Shown here one piece after another: positions 39,405 through 53,150 of a stretch of 64,000 nucleotides of DNA. This DNA is from Seison nebaliae (lineage: Eukaryota). The notes below the pieces were generated by a model. It ran no database searches. It was not told the DNA's origin and was given only the letters and a program-made list of their open reading frames with translations. The position numbers were made by a program, and so were the translations under genes. Position 1 is the first letter of the stretch. Each line of letters begins with the position of its first letter. The stretch lies in the NCBI GenBank assembly GCA_023231475.1, contig JALJEE010002436.1, positions 1 through 64,000 of the forward strand, written 5' to 3'.

Positions 39405-41517
39405 TATAGAAAATCTTCCTGGAATACAATTCTTTCATTTTTCTACACTTCCAAATTACTTTTTTGTTTTTGTACAATAATTATGCACTTTTTTAAGAAA
39501 GTGAATACTCTCTTATTTGTAACATAAAATCGAATTTCGCTCCTGATTTCATTCCAGCGAATTCGAGCTCAATTCCAACATTTTCTTGTTCTTCTATTTC
39601 TATTATTCTAGGTTTTTAAACAGAATTATCGGATAGACAGAATTAGATCATTCAAAAGAAATAATTATCTCAAGTTTCGACATTGGATTGAAATTCTGAT
39701 CAATTACATTTCTTATCATTCTGACAGAAGCAATTAAGCATAATTATGATTTAAATTAATCTGACAATTTCCATTATGACAATTTCTTTTTTCAATTGTT
39801 TTTTTAATTCTAAAAAAATTTCTTCCTTTAATAACTTTTTTATTCTAGGATAATTTCTTTTTTAATTTAAAAATTATTATTTCCTTTAATATTTTTATCA
39901 GGAAAAGTTTATCAGAAAATTTTTGGAACTCGAAATAGAATAACATGTTAAGTTCGGATTAGAATCCCCTAGTGGACAAGTTAGTCCCAATAGTAGAATC
40001 TGTAGAATAACAAAAGATAAGGAAAACAATTCTTATTCTACCAGTTAATATGGAAAACATTGAATGAAGCGCTCCTGTAGGATATACGTTATAATGAGTA
40101 ATTTTCAGTATTCGATCGAAATGTTACGTGAGCAATCATAAAATATAAACATTGAATCTATGTAACAGTCTTTGAAAGTAGACGATGAATAAATAAGAAT
40201 AAAATATAAATAAGTAAAAGCAACAACGAAAAACAATAACAAACTTCGAAGGTACTTCAACGATTATCTCATAAATTCACTCCAATGAATGAAAGGAGAA
40301 CTAAATAAAACGAATGGATATAATTTGAAAGTTCTTATTATTTTTATTAAGAAAAAAATTATTTTCTATTCCATCATTCGATACTTGAGATTTGAGGAAA
40401 GTAAATGTTTAAATGATTATTGTTTGACATTATCGCATGATGATTGATTGAGTATCAATGATTACATAATATATATTCAACGGATATCTGTCCATCAATT
40501 ACGGCTATTCTTACATGAATTATTCGAACAATTTACTTCAATAATAAATGGAGTTCATTGTATGGCAACCGTCAAAATGATTTCTTCTCAGAGATCATAT
40601 AAATTAACTACTTTAAAGTCCGCCCACATTTAACGTTTCACCTGGATATGAACATTGATAAGGAATTGTTGAGAAAGATAAGGAAAATAAAAATTTCGAC
40701 AAATGATTTTCGGGAGAGAATCATTCGATTTTAAAACGAGATCTTATCATCCATTCGTCGCCTATCTAACATTGCCAGTTATGAATAAACCGTTGTATTC
40801 GATATTCATTTCCATATTTTTCTTCCTTTTTTTACAAGGTAAAAAAGATAATGATAAAATTCTCCCTTCATTCCTCTCAATCCTTGAACGATTAATGATC
40901 ATACAATTTAGAGTTCATACATTTACATTTTTCAATTAAAATTACTTCATCATCCTCTTATTCTTTTTTTTTGACGATGATGATGATGATGGTGGTGGTG
41001 GTGGCGTCGGATAAGTTATTTTGGATCTCACGTCAAATAAACAAAATATATTAATAAATTTTTTTTACATCTCAATCATCGTTCTCGGACTCATAAATAA
41101 TTTGAAGACAATTAAAATTTATTCGTCGAATAATCATATGAACTTCCGCTACCAAATAATATTAGTTGAATTATATTTATTTGGGAATAAAGAAGAGGAA
41201 ATATATTGGAAAATAATTTAACCTGCTCCTAAAGGAGAATGCATCTGTTGTTCTATATCAATAACACATATCCTAATAAGTAGCAGAATATAAATTAAAA
41301 ATTACATAAGAATGTGAATAATGAAAAATAATAAAATATTCTCCTTCACTTTTAGTCGTTTCGATATGTAGCTATGTCATAACTCGACGATGAGAGTCGC
41401 CTAAGCACAGTCGATGGAGAAACATAAAGATGAACACGTTTCCAACATAATATGCTCGAAATGAAATTGAACAATTTCAAATTTCTCATATCAATTCGAA
41501 TAAATAGCTGACGTGAT

Positions 41518-43248
41518 ATGAAAATCATAAAATTATCGAAAATCATCAGTCGTCGTCATTTTTTTTCGATGTCAGTCAACGAATTGAAAAGAAAGTTTAT
41601 TGAAAAGCCAAATGGAAATGATGGGGAAGTTGTTGATGAAATAAAAAAACTGAAAATTCCCAAGAGAAAAATTGCTCTGTTTATGGGATATTGTGGCGAG
41701 AATTATTTCGGATTACAACGGTTTCCTATCAATTCTTTACAAATATTCTAAAATTCCTTATCAGAAATGTGACAGATAAAGAACATCGAACCATAGAAGA
41801 TGAATTAGTTGAAGCGTTAAATGATATTGAAGCGATTACGGAAGACCAGAAAAATAATATGTTCAAAGTTCCATTTGAATTTATTTTAATTCGATAAATT
41901 ATTAATTAAATAATTCCTTCGATTTTAGATGCAATTTCAACGAGCAGCAAGAACAGATAAGAATGTCTCAGCTGGAATAAATGTCTTCTCAATTAAATTG
42001 CATTTGATAGAGAATATTGTTAATAAATTGAATGAAAGATTACCGGATCATTGTCATGTTTATGGTTCCAATTCCATCATCTAAATTATATAAAATGAAA
42101 ATAATTCCTTCTAGATATCATTCGAGCTACGAATAGTTTTGATTCGAAGAATTTTTGTAGTGGAAGAACTTATCATTATCTATTACCCACATTCGCTTTC
42201 TGTCCAATCGAACAACTAACAACCGAGTCATACCGTCTTGATGGTTTTCTAATAATGTCTGATAATAATTTCTAATTATTCAATCTTCTTCTTCTTCTTC
42301 TTCTTCTTCTTCTTCTAGAGAAACAATGGCAAATTGCTCATGATTCTTTTCAGCGATTTTTGGGAACAAATAATTATCATAATTTTACCAGCGGTAAAAA
42401 ATTCACCGATCCCTCAGCGAAGAGATATATGAAAAATTTGACAGTTCACTTCTTCAACTATTCTCTCTGACATTTTTCCATATTTTTCAGATAAGTAAAC
42501 CATTTATTGATGATAATGATTCGCTTGAGTATTGTCTCATTTCCATCACCGGACAATCATTTATGATGCATCAAATTAGAAAAATGATTGGTTTTCTTTT
42601 GAAATATTGTCATTAAATTAGAATTAGAAAATTTTTTTGATTTAGGAACAGTCATTGCCATAGTTCGAGGAATGGCATCTTCGAATTTAATTGATGAATG
42701 TTGGACGGCTGACAAGATCGATATTCCGAAAGCTCCAGGATTAGGATTGATGTTGGACAGTGTTAGATTGAACTCAAAAATTTCCTTCAATTTTATTAGT
42801 TAGATTATCGTCTCTACAATATCCGTTTCGAAAATGATGGAATTCATGAATTGATCGAATTGGAGAAATATCGTGTTAGAAACTCAAATTTCTTTTCCCC
42901 TTTCATATTTCAATTTGATATTGGTAGGAAGAAATTGATAAATTCAAAAAGAAATTCATTTATCCAAAAATTTATGAGAAGGAGAGAACGACGAAATCGT
43001 TAAATTTCTCGATTTTAGAATTAATTTAAATATTTTCAAATTTTTATAGAATGTTCAAATGGCTCCAAATTCTTCCGTGTCATTCATTTGGTACAATGTC
43101 ACCTGGTTATCCGCCTGGTGCATATATCGGTCCTGGGCGAGCACTTTACATGATAGAGAAATATGGAGAGAAAAAAGAAGAAAAAATTGTAAATATAACG
43201 AGAAAAGAGAATGATGATAAAACTGAAATAGAATCGAATAAAAAATAA
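41518..43248 (+). CDS. PUS1: tRNA pseudouridine synthase 1 (TruA family), 10 exons
   Basis: KRKIALFMGYCGENYFGLQRN, FQRAARTDKNVSA (catalytic Asp), GRTYHYLLPTFAF, HNFTSGK, GQSFMMHQIRKMIG, IPKAPGLGLML reconstructed across 9 introns. Confidence 0.95.
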
Positions 43249-43332
43249 TTTGTCTCTTCTTTTTTCCTCTCGACAGAGAATTGCTTATTAACAAAAATAT
43301 TATCTCATCGATATTTGAGGAGAAATCGTTCG

Positions 43333-45360
43333 ATGAATGAGGATGTGTTTCGAGAGCAAGCGACTAAATATCTCTCATCCATCTCCACCAACTACCAGGA
43401 ATTAGTGAAAGGGAAATCTGAGAATTCTATTAACGAGAAAGAATCGTCTTTATCGACTACTGATGAGAAGAGATATCACGACGACTTAGAAGAAGAAGAA
43501 GAAGATGACGAAGAGAATTCAACGAGAGAATTTAATCGTCTTTATCCGACAGATTCGTGGAAAATTAATAATTCAAATGAGAAAGAATTGATCACTGGTT
43601 TGCTCATTTCTCTTTTCATTCTCCACTAATTATTTTTAGGAGAGAAGTCGAATATCTGTAACGAATTTAATTTATTGAAAAATGACTTCTCAACAAAATG
43701 GTTTAATTTTCATGTCTTCTCAAAAGTGGATCGAAGAAAATTAATCTAATTTTATAGTCTTCGTTTCGTCCATTCGAAAAATGATTATTTCCCAATTGCC
43801 ACTCTCTCCATCATTCCTTTATTGACGAAACAACATTTCGATTTGAATTCTCGCACAGTATCAGAAGTGAATCGACAAGACGATTGGCTTCTCTCTTATG
43901 ACGATGACCGTTTTGCGATAGTGAAGAAACAACAATGTCAATTATATCAAGACTTACTGTGGAGTGTTATTAGTCATTATGAAGTGTTGGACATTAAAGT
44001 CTCAATCGCTTCATCTGATGACGCTTTCAATGTCCAACATAAATCATCAAAGACTCATACGAAAGTTAAAAATTAAAATTCCTCTAAGAAAACTAATTTT
44101 AAATTTTGAAAATTATTTAAAATTAAAAATTTTAATTAAATTAATTTAGTTTATTGATATGTTGTCGTTCAATTCATTTTTTGATGAAGTTAATTCTATT
44201 CAATTGGCCTTATTAGAGACGAGTATGGAGGAGATTTTAGAGAATTCTCATTTGAAAGAAATTTTAGAACGGAGATATTATAAACGATCGAAATCTTCAC
44301 GATCAACAGGTTCCCTTCATCAGTTCCTATTACATATAAGAAACATTTTCTTTGAGTAGAAAGTCGAACAAAGACTGATGAATTATTTTCAAAAAAACCG
44401 TTATTTCGTGGCGATCGTCAACGAATGATCAGTGTGAATGAAGTGCAAACGGATGAACAAAGAAAGAATTTCATTAGGAAACGAGTTCGGAGTGAACGTC
44501 AAACTAATTTGTCATCTGGTGAGAATAATGTGATTGAGCCATTTTTTAATTCAAATTTCCATCAAAATGATTTTATTCCGTTGAATACGTTGGAGCAAAT
44601 TAATAGCAGTAATGTCTCTAATAAATCAAATGAAAAAGAGGAGAAAGTGGGAGAATATGAGGAGGATGAAGTGGAAGAATATGACGAAGAAGAAGAACGA
44701 TTATTGAACGTGGATGTTGATCGATTGACAAATTTATTCATTAGTCGTCGAATGCAATTGGAGATGAGATATTATGAAACGAGGAAACAATCATTGGAAT
44801 TTTATGATGCCACATTATTGGATAGTAAACAATTTATTAGTGGAAAACATAAGACGAAATTAATTTTCCCATCAACAATTATCAGTCTTATCGATTATGC
44901 CACATTCGCTGAGAGGAAGAATGAAATTAATACAACTTTCAGTGAATTACATCCACAAATACATTTGAGCTTGACTAAATTGCGTTCGATTAAACGACAA
45001 TTATTCTTCATTTCTGATCGTCTATCCATCGATCTGGGAATCGTTGCATTATCATATGTTTATTTTGAACGAGTCGTCTTAAAAGGATTAGTGACGAAAT
45101 CGAATCGAAAAGCTGTCGCTGCCGCATGTCTCTTATTAGCTGGTAAATTGCACGACATTCACAAAGAAATGAAATTGAAGAAATTATTTAATGAATTTGA
45201 AGCGACTTTTCGATTGGAAAAGAAACGAATACTTTCTCTCGAATTTCCTGTTTTAGTTGCACTCGGATTCTCTTTATTTCCCAATTTATATCATCGTGAT
45301 TTCATGATACATTATCAACGATTATTATCGATGTTGCAACCGATAAAACTTTCCGAATAA
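43333..45360 (+). CDS. CABLES: CDK5 and ABL1 enzyme substrate (Cables) cyclin-like protein, 5 exons
   Basis: SGKHKTKLIFPS, HPQIHLSLTKLRSIKRQL, YVYFERVVLKG, NRKAVAAACLLLAGK, EFPVLVALGFSL match the Cables C-terminal cyclin box; N-terminal EQATKYLSSIS resembles the Cables N-terminal helix. Confidence 0.88.
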
Positions 45361-45489
45361 TTTTTTTTTTTCAATTTTATAATTTTCATGAAATTTTTTA
45401 TATTAATGAAATTGAAAAAAATTGTACAATCAATATTTTTTATAGATAGATGAGAATTAACATGATAAATAGGAATGATGTAAAAAAAT

Positions 45490-48400
45490 TTAAATATTCT
45501 TCTCGTATTTAGCACCGATGGAATTGAAACATTTAACGATATCAGTCGCAGAAAATTCAAATTGTACTTCAGTCGACGCTTTTTGAATTGGATAAGCCTC
45601 TTTTAAAATTCCGTCGTATCTCTTATATTTATCCAAAACTTCCTTATTTATTTTATACCATAGAACCGTTCGATCGGCTGGTTCTGAGAAATGTTTCCTC
45701 AAAAGATGATACCAATCATCGATCGTTTTCGTCATCTAAAATTTACACATCATACGAATTTTAAAAAAATGATGAAAAAATTAAGTAACATGTTTCATGG
45801 TGAATGATGCGATATTATGTTTGATATTGGTGACACTGTAAGCTGGACGGAAACTGAGATCTGACACTTTCGTCCCACTCGCCAAAACACTTTCAATCGT
45901 CGCAAAATAATCCTAAGAAAATTGAGGTTGGGAAAAATTTGAGAAATTTCAAAAGAAAAAACTAACACTCAATTCATGAAATGGACGTCCATAATGAGCT
46001 TTAATATAAGTTATCTGAGATTTCCCATATTCCATTTTCGCTCTTTGTTTCTCTTCTGCCAACGCTCCAATTTTCGTTTTACTCAAAATATCTACAAATA
46101 GTAAATGATTAAGAAAATGAGAAATACTAATATGGGAAACCGGAAAGAATTCGATAATTTGCTAAAGAAAAAATTTAAATTTAAATTTAAATAATTTTAA
46201 TAAATTAAAAGAAAATAATTAACTGAATCGAACGACATCTGGTGGTGTCTTTATACATTGTTGTGCGATATATTCAATTCGATTCATGACATTCATCACT
46301 AATTCCTTATATAATTTATCGAGATCTGATCGACGTGTATGTTTAATATCTTCGGCTAACAAGAAAAATTGCTGGAAAATTTTTAAAAATAGTTTTTATA
46401 TTTTCATTTTCATATAAGACACTAACGGACAAATCAGTCACCCAAGACAGTGCACCAATCTTCTCATCTTTCTTATATTTCGTGTTCATGATGGTGTTGA
46501 TTCCTTCGTGGAAAATTAGATCCATCTCTCGCTTATTCACAACCATCAAATTGCCTAATGTCTGTGACATGATGGTTTTTGTGATGTGAGCTTCTTCTCT
46601 TTGCACTACTTGATTCAAGACGGCATATATATGGATTGGACCACTAGGTATTGAAATTATGTGAAAATGATAATAAGACGAAATAAATTAACATTCGATC
46701 GATTGATTCGACTTGTGATGGGACGAGATGAAGTCTCGATGGGAAACCTTTGAATATTATTTGAAGATTATTTCTAGAAAGAATTATAATAATTAGAAAT
46801 TAATAAATATAATTAAAAATTCAAATAATTAATAATAACTTCATTAATTTATTTTCGTCGTCATGTAAATAATCGTAATGACATTGTGAGATGTTGTCGA
46901 TATTTCCTGGATTATTAGCAATGGCATCTTTTGCTCGATTCTTCAATGTTTCCGTGGAAACGCCAAAGAAATAATTTAAGAAGAAATTCACTTCAGCTTT
47001 GAACGACAACAAAAGTGCTGACATGATATCAGCAAAAAACTTTAAAAAAAATTATTTTTGAAATTAATTCTAAAATTGAACATCAGTGAAGAGTATACGA
47101 TTCTCTTTCGATATTATTCCCGATTCATATCGACCATTGAACATGTTGAGACGAGTTAAATAAAAATTCAAATCTTTTTGTCTATCGGATGACACACTGG
47201 CACGTGACGGGCCTTTTATGAAAAATAAAAATAAGAAACGAATTGGAATGTGAATTAAACGATTGGAATCGGGACCATCAGATCCCAAATCTTCGAGAAG
47301 AGTCTTGAAAACTTTCATGTATGAACTCAACAAACGATCATAAACATCTTGCATCTTATTCGAATATGCCTAACCATCAATGGAATTTTCTTTGATATAT
47401 ATATGGAAATTTAAAAAAAATTAAAACTTTAATAAATTTTTCAAAAATATTTTTGAAATTCTTCCTCAACCATTTGATTAATATACTGGATAATTTGATA
47501 TCATCATTCTCGTTGAATTGATGGATCCATTCTAATTTCTTCAACGATTGTTTCTCAAATTCCGAATTAGCGAGAACAAGCGAACGACTCTTATCCAATT
47601 GATAGAAAATGGCGTTGGTAGTTGAATTGAGAAAGTTGTTAAGACATTGTTCAATTTTCAACGACAACAATTTTTCAAGTCGAATATAATTCTCATAACC
47701 CTCATTGATCGATCTCATATTTTTCAATTCTGATGGATAAATTCAAAAAAAAAATGGAAAATTTGAAGGAGAATTTACCGGATGAGAAAGAATGATATTG
47801 AATGAATCGTTCGTTGAGAATATTTGAAATATTCACGAGATCTTTCATATTCTTTAATGTCATCTCTTCCGAACTTCCCAAAAGTTGACTCATTTCTTCA
47901 GGAAATGTAAAGAAATTATTCTAAAAAAAAAATTATTTAAATGAAAATTTATAAAAAATTTTCCAAACTGTTATCGTCGTCAATTCGTTATCTAATTTCT
48001 TCCGATTTTCTAACGAAACGAGTTTCGTCGAATTCTTCTCACCAATCATCTTTATCGAATCACTGATCGACTAAAGAAAAATGAAAATTTTCAAAAAAAA
48101 ATTTTTAAAGTTTCAAAAAAAATTTTTAAATTTTCAAATTTTTAACTGATAATTTATCTTCATATAATTCTAATTTATTATCAATTTCATTCGTCTCACC
48201 AATCGCTGCATCGATACTCTTCAATAATCGATTTACCGTTTGTTCACTATTCAAAATATCTTCGATATTCTCCTGTAATGGAAAAGGAATAATGAAGGAA
48301 GATAAAATGAAAATTAACAGTTTCTAATTCGTTCACTTTATTGTTAAGATTGTGAAGGAAAGTTCCCATCTTGCCGGAGAAGATGTTAGCATCGAAAATA

Positions 48401-49144
48401 TATTTCTCTAGATCCATCAAATCCATCTCACTAAATTCCTCCAATTCACTTTTCTTATTCGATTCATAATTGTCATCATTTGTCGTTCCTTTCGACTTAT
48501 CAATCGACAACACTGAAAGAAATTAATAGAAATATAATGAAAATTTTAAATTTCTCAAAATAAATTTTAGAACTTTTCGAATTTTCTTCGACATCCCAAT
48601 TAGAAAATTTGACACTCTCCTTCACATAATTCCTACAAATTACCTATGGAAAAATGTCAAAATTGAATTTGTGAATTATTCGAATAAATAAGAAGCAACT
48701 GTATGTAATCGGTAGACATATTCATTCTTATCAGTTCTCAAACAATAAAATCGATGGTCATTCCTCGTCAATTGTTGTGGTTTCAATTCGATATCAAGAA
48801 AATTCGCATCATTCGAATGCACATCTACTCCAACAACATCTGATACGTTATAAATAGTTTTTATTTCAGCCACTTTATCTTTCTCCTCTCGAAACAAAAT
48901 AATTTTCGCTTTATGTTCATCGACAGTGGAAACTTTTGATGGAAAAAATTAAAAATTTTTAAAAAATAAAATTTAAATAAATAGATGAAATTTATGGAAA
49001 ATAACTGGACAATCCTAGATATCGAGAGACTTTAGTCGCTTTAAAATTATTGTCTTTCCAATAAGGAACTAAACAGATCAATCTGTCCGTCGTTGTACTC
49101 AAGAGAGTTCTGTTAAAGTTATCTCTTCTTTGTTCTTTATTCAT
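45490..49144 (-). CDS. EXOC1: Exocyst complex component 1 (Sec3), about 17 exons
   Basis: Coiled coil (LNNKVNELETENI), RRSDLDKLY, KTPPDVVRF, GRPFHELSDYF and C-terminus LWYKINKEVLDKYKRYDGILKEAYP...FEFSATDIVKCFNSI align with Sec3 architecture; divergent sequence. Confidence 0.8.
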
Positions 49145-50495
49145 CACAAATCAATCATATATTGGAGAGAAGCTTTCCTTTCTAAACTGATGGAGAGAAA
49201 TGATAATTTCTCTCAAGTGATCAAATGCAATTGATGTGCACCTTCCCCATTCTTAATATCAATAAGAGGAAACTTGAATGATGGATGAGATTCCTATCAA
49301 GTGTTCGTTGGATTCCTTTCAAATTTCTTCAGAAATTCTAAATGGATTCCGATGAAATTAAAGATCAAATTTCGTTAATAACTCGCCACATCATTTCAGT
49401 GACAACTATTGGAAAATGGACTTTTATTTGAGTCAAGTGTCATTGAAATAAATTCATCATTTTATTTTGTTGAGCGGAGAATTTTATTCATTTAAAAAAA
49501 AAAGGTAGATTTTTAGATAGTTTCTTCGAAGAATGTCAATTATGTTGAATTGAAGGAGGAGGAGGAGGAGAATATAAGAAAGAATCGGTTTATAATTAGG
49601 ACATTAAATTATAATTGAAATGAAAGAATATTTGGGAGAATGTTTCATGGTTAAAATGAATCAGGGAAATTTTTTCTAGTTAATGAATAGTTGTAAAGAT
49701 CCGTTCTGGTTGAATTATGGTTGTTGAGGATATCGTTCGTCTTTCCGTTTCTAACTAATATGTTTATTAACTAATGATGAGACAAGATTTTCAGACGAAC
49801 TAAAGCGACATCGCTCTGGTAATTGAGACAAGAGATGTACATCTTCATCGTTCAAGCAAATTAGAATTCGAATTCCCATATAATGGTTGGTAGTTAAGAG
49901 TTATGAGGAGAGATTGGACAACTGATGAACAAGTAAATATCTTCATGGAAAATGAAGATTTTATTCGTTCCTCTCATCATAGTTTATCTTTAAATTTTCG
50001 AGTAATGTTAATCTAACTCCAATATAAATATTTGTGCTTACACTCCAAAAAGGAAATGATGTCGTCGAATATGTTAAGTATTATTTTTCCCAATAATTAA
50101 TCCATCAATTTTATGAATATCATTCGTTGAGTAATGTCAATCCTAAACTTTTACCACATTTTCCACTTTTATTGATTTTTCATCATAAAATAAATTTCAA
50201 TAATAAATTTAGTTACATAAAAATACATAATATTAGTAGGAGAAAGTTGTCGGAAGGAAATTTTGTGTTTGGCATTTAAAAATTATGTTATTCTAATTGT
50301 TTATTAAATAAACAATTTCGTTTTAAGATAATCGGATAGATAAGATATCGTCATCATCGGATTGAATGAGAAGAAAATGTTTCGTAGCATTTTTTTTTTG
50401 ATATGTCGAATAAGATGAGATGTCCGTCGTCCATCAACAACCTTTTCTAATTTATAAAATTCTTGTGTGTCTCGATATACGTTTGGTGGATAAGT

Positions 50496-50602
50496 ATCTA
50501 TATATATATATATAAATATAAAATATATACATATAATATACGTAGATACATTAGTGTGTGTATTTGTGTATTTGTGTGTTTGTGTGTGTGTATGTGTGTG
50601 TA
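50496..50602. repeat. (TA)n and imperfect (TG)n microsatellite block
   Basis: Read directly; lies between the divergent EXOC1 and PARG starts. Confidence 0.85.
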
Positions 50603-50929
50603 GATACACAGTGTTGGTATAAATATAATATATGTCAGTGAATTACCATATACACGAATGAGAATAAATTTTCTTTTCAAAAATTTTTATTACACAAATT
50701 GTTTCTCTTTTCTCTCCCCGCGATTTTATTACCTTCGAAATGTCATATTGAGGTGATGATATAAATTGAAGAGGTAATTGAAGGAATTCCGTTTTATTCT
50801 TTTTTCTTTTTTCTTACTTCTCACAAGTCAGAGTACTCGTTTCGACTGGGAATCGAAAGGACGAAAATAACTTCGTGAAGAAGAAAAGAGTTGTTCCATT
50901 CACATTTCTCCCAATCAAAAAAGGTTGTT

Positions 50930-53112
50930 ATGGTCAGCCAAAAAAGACGATTATTGCGCAACAGTTGTTCGAATAATAAAAAAAAAAGTCGAATTGATTT
51001 GGAGTCGATTGCGGAAGTGATTGTGCGGGAGTGTATAAATAAAGCAATTAACTCTTTTATGATTGTCGATTCCGTAGACGATACAGATATGTCCAATTCT
51101 AATCAAACAACAACAACAACTACTACTACTACTACTACGAGTAATAAAATCGATAATATATCAGATAATGATATCATACCAATATCGACAGATGGTTCCC
51201 CAATATTTTTCATTTTCAAATTAAATAATTGTGATAGATAAAATGTTAATCGACAATGATATTAACGATAAAGAATTTAAGGATGATGATAATGATGAAG
51301 TTTTATGTGAGACGACCGACATATTTCGAGATAGATCTGATCACATCTTCCTCAGTCGATATGAGAGAGAAGTATACTTTTTTCAGTCTTCATCCTTCCT
51401 TTCTTTTAAATAGAACAATTCAAGTCGTCTCATCGCTCAACCGATAATCGGTCCGATTGGAGAGGATATTGAATATGTTACTTTACCTCATTACAACGAA
51501 GAGAATTGGAGAGAACTTCTTCAGCTTTTATCTAAACCCATTACATCCACCAAAGATTTCCAAGTTTTACTTTATAAATAAAGATAAATATATTTAATTT
51601 AAAAAAAAATTTTTTTAGCATATCATTTTGAGAGATCGAAAAATTCCACGTCATTTTGATGGGCTTCATTCCGTACTCAACGAAGAGTTTCCCAAACCGT
51701 TGAAGAAGATCTTTTTCAATCAAGTATTTCCAGGAATTGTTAACTTGGTCATTGACACACCGAAATTATTTCCAAAAGTTCCCCTTAATAATTAATCGAT
51801 TCCCATAATAAATTTATTCGTTTCAGCGTATTCCTTGTCTGAATGGCGGAAGAACTATGGCACTCACTCTCAGTCAGCGACAATGTGCTTGTTTATTGGC
51901 GAATGCATTTGTCGGAACTTTCGAAGGTGCAAAACATCGAATGTTGTCATTCAATTTCGTCAAGTTCATTTCTCATCAATTTCCAAATTTTAAAATATTT
52001 CTTCTCAAAGTTTCTTCTCCCGACGTAACGAAGAGAAGTTGAAATGTATTCTCAATTATTTCAAACGAATTATGGACGACATGCCTGAAGGTCTCGTCAC
52101 TTTTCGTCGACGTTCTTTACGTCGTTTCTTACATTGGAATGAATTGAACAATCGTTTGGATTTGAAGAGATGTAAAGTTCAAATATTCGACAAAGGAACA
52201 ATTGAGGATGATGACGATTGTCTACAAGTGGATTTCGCTAACAAATATATCGGAGGTGGCGTTCTAAATCATGGATGTGTCCAAGAAGAAATTAGATTTG
52301 TCTTGTGTCCCGAAATGATCGTTGCCAAATTATTCACACAGAAATTGGAAGACAACGATTGTCTAGTGATGATTGGTTAATTAAATTAAATTAAATTAAT
52401 TTTTAAATAATTTTCATTTAATTTTTTTTTCATTTTATTTTTCATTTTTGAAGGTTGTGAACGATTTTCCAATTATGTGGGATATGCGAGAACTTTCGAA
52501 TTTAGTGGTAATCATGAAGATAAAACTCAACGGTCAGTTTCCTTAAATATCCTCATTAAATTATTTGAAATTAATTGCATTTTCTTTCAGAGATTCATTT
52601 GGAAGAATAAAATGTCGTGTGGTGGCAATTGATGCGACGCGATTCATTCGATCACCAACACAATATTCAGAACGATTCATTTTAAGAGATTTAAATAAAT
52701 GTTTCATCGGTTTTATGAGAGATCGAACTGATGAATTATCTCTACAAAATGTACAAGCAGTTGCAACCGGCAATTGGGGTTGTGGCGCTTTCAATGGAGA
52801 TGTTTATTTAAAAGTTATTTTTTAATTTATTTAAGAAATTTTTTTTTTCAAAAAATTTCCTTTCAGATCTTATTACAATGGCTCGCATTGCTCATGATAC
52901 GACGAGATATGAATTATTACACTTTTGGGCATAAAGATGTCAAGAGGAAATTCGAAGAATTCCTCACACAACTACAAACGTTGACGGAAAAATACACAAT
53001 AAAAATGGGTCAACTATTTCGAATCGTTTGCGATTATCATCAGACGAACAGCAAAGTAGAATTATATGATTTTATTCTCCAATCTCTCGAAGATTTATAC
53101 AAAGAAAAATAA
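50930..53112 (+). CDS. PARG: Poly(ADP-ribose) glycohydrolase, 9 exons
   Basis: LQVDFANKYIGGGVLNHGCVQEEIRF (GGG-x6-8-QEE signature), ERFSNYVGY, VATGNWGCGAFNGD, CACLLANAF; start codon uncertain. Confidence 0.95.
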
Positions 53113-53150
53113 TCATTCTTTATTTCCATCAGAATCTTCATATGTCGTCA

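Noticed and set aside
50304..50680. His/Thr-rich and Tyr/Ile-rich minus-strand ORFs
   Set aside because: Translations of TG and TA microsatellites.
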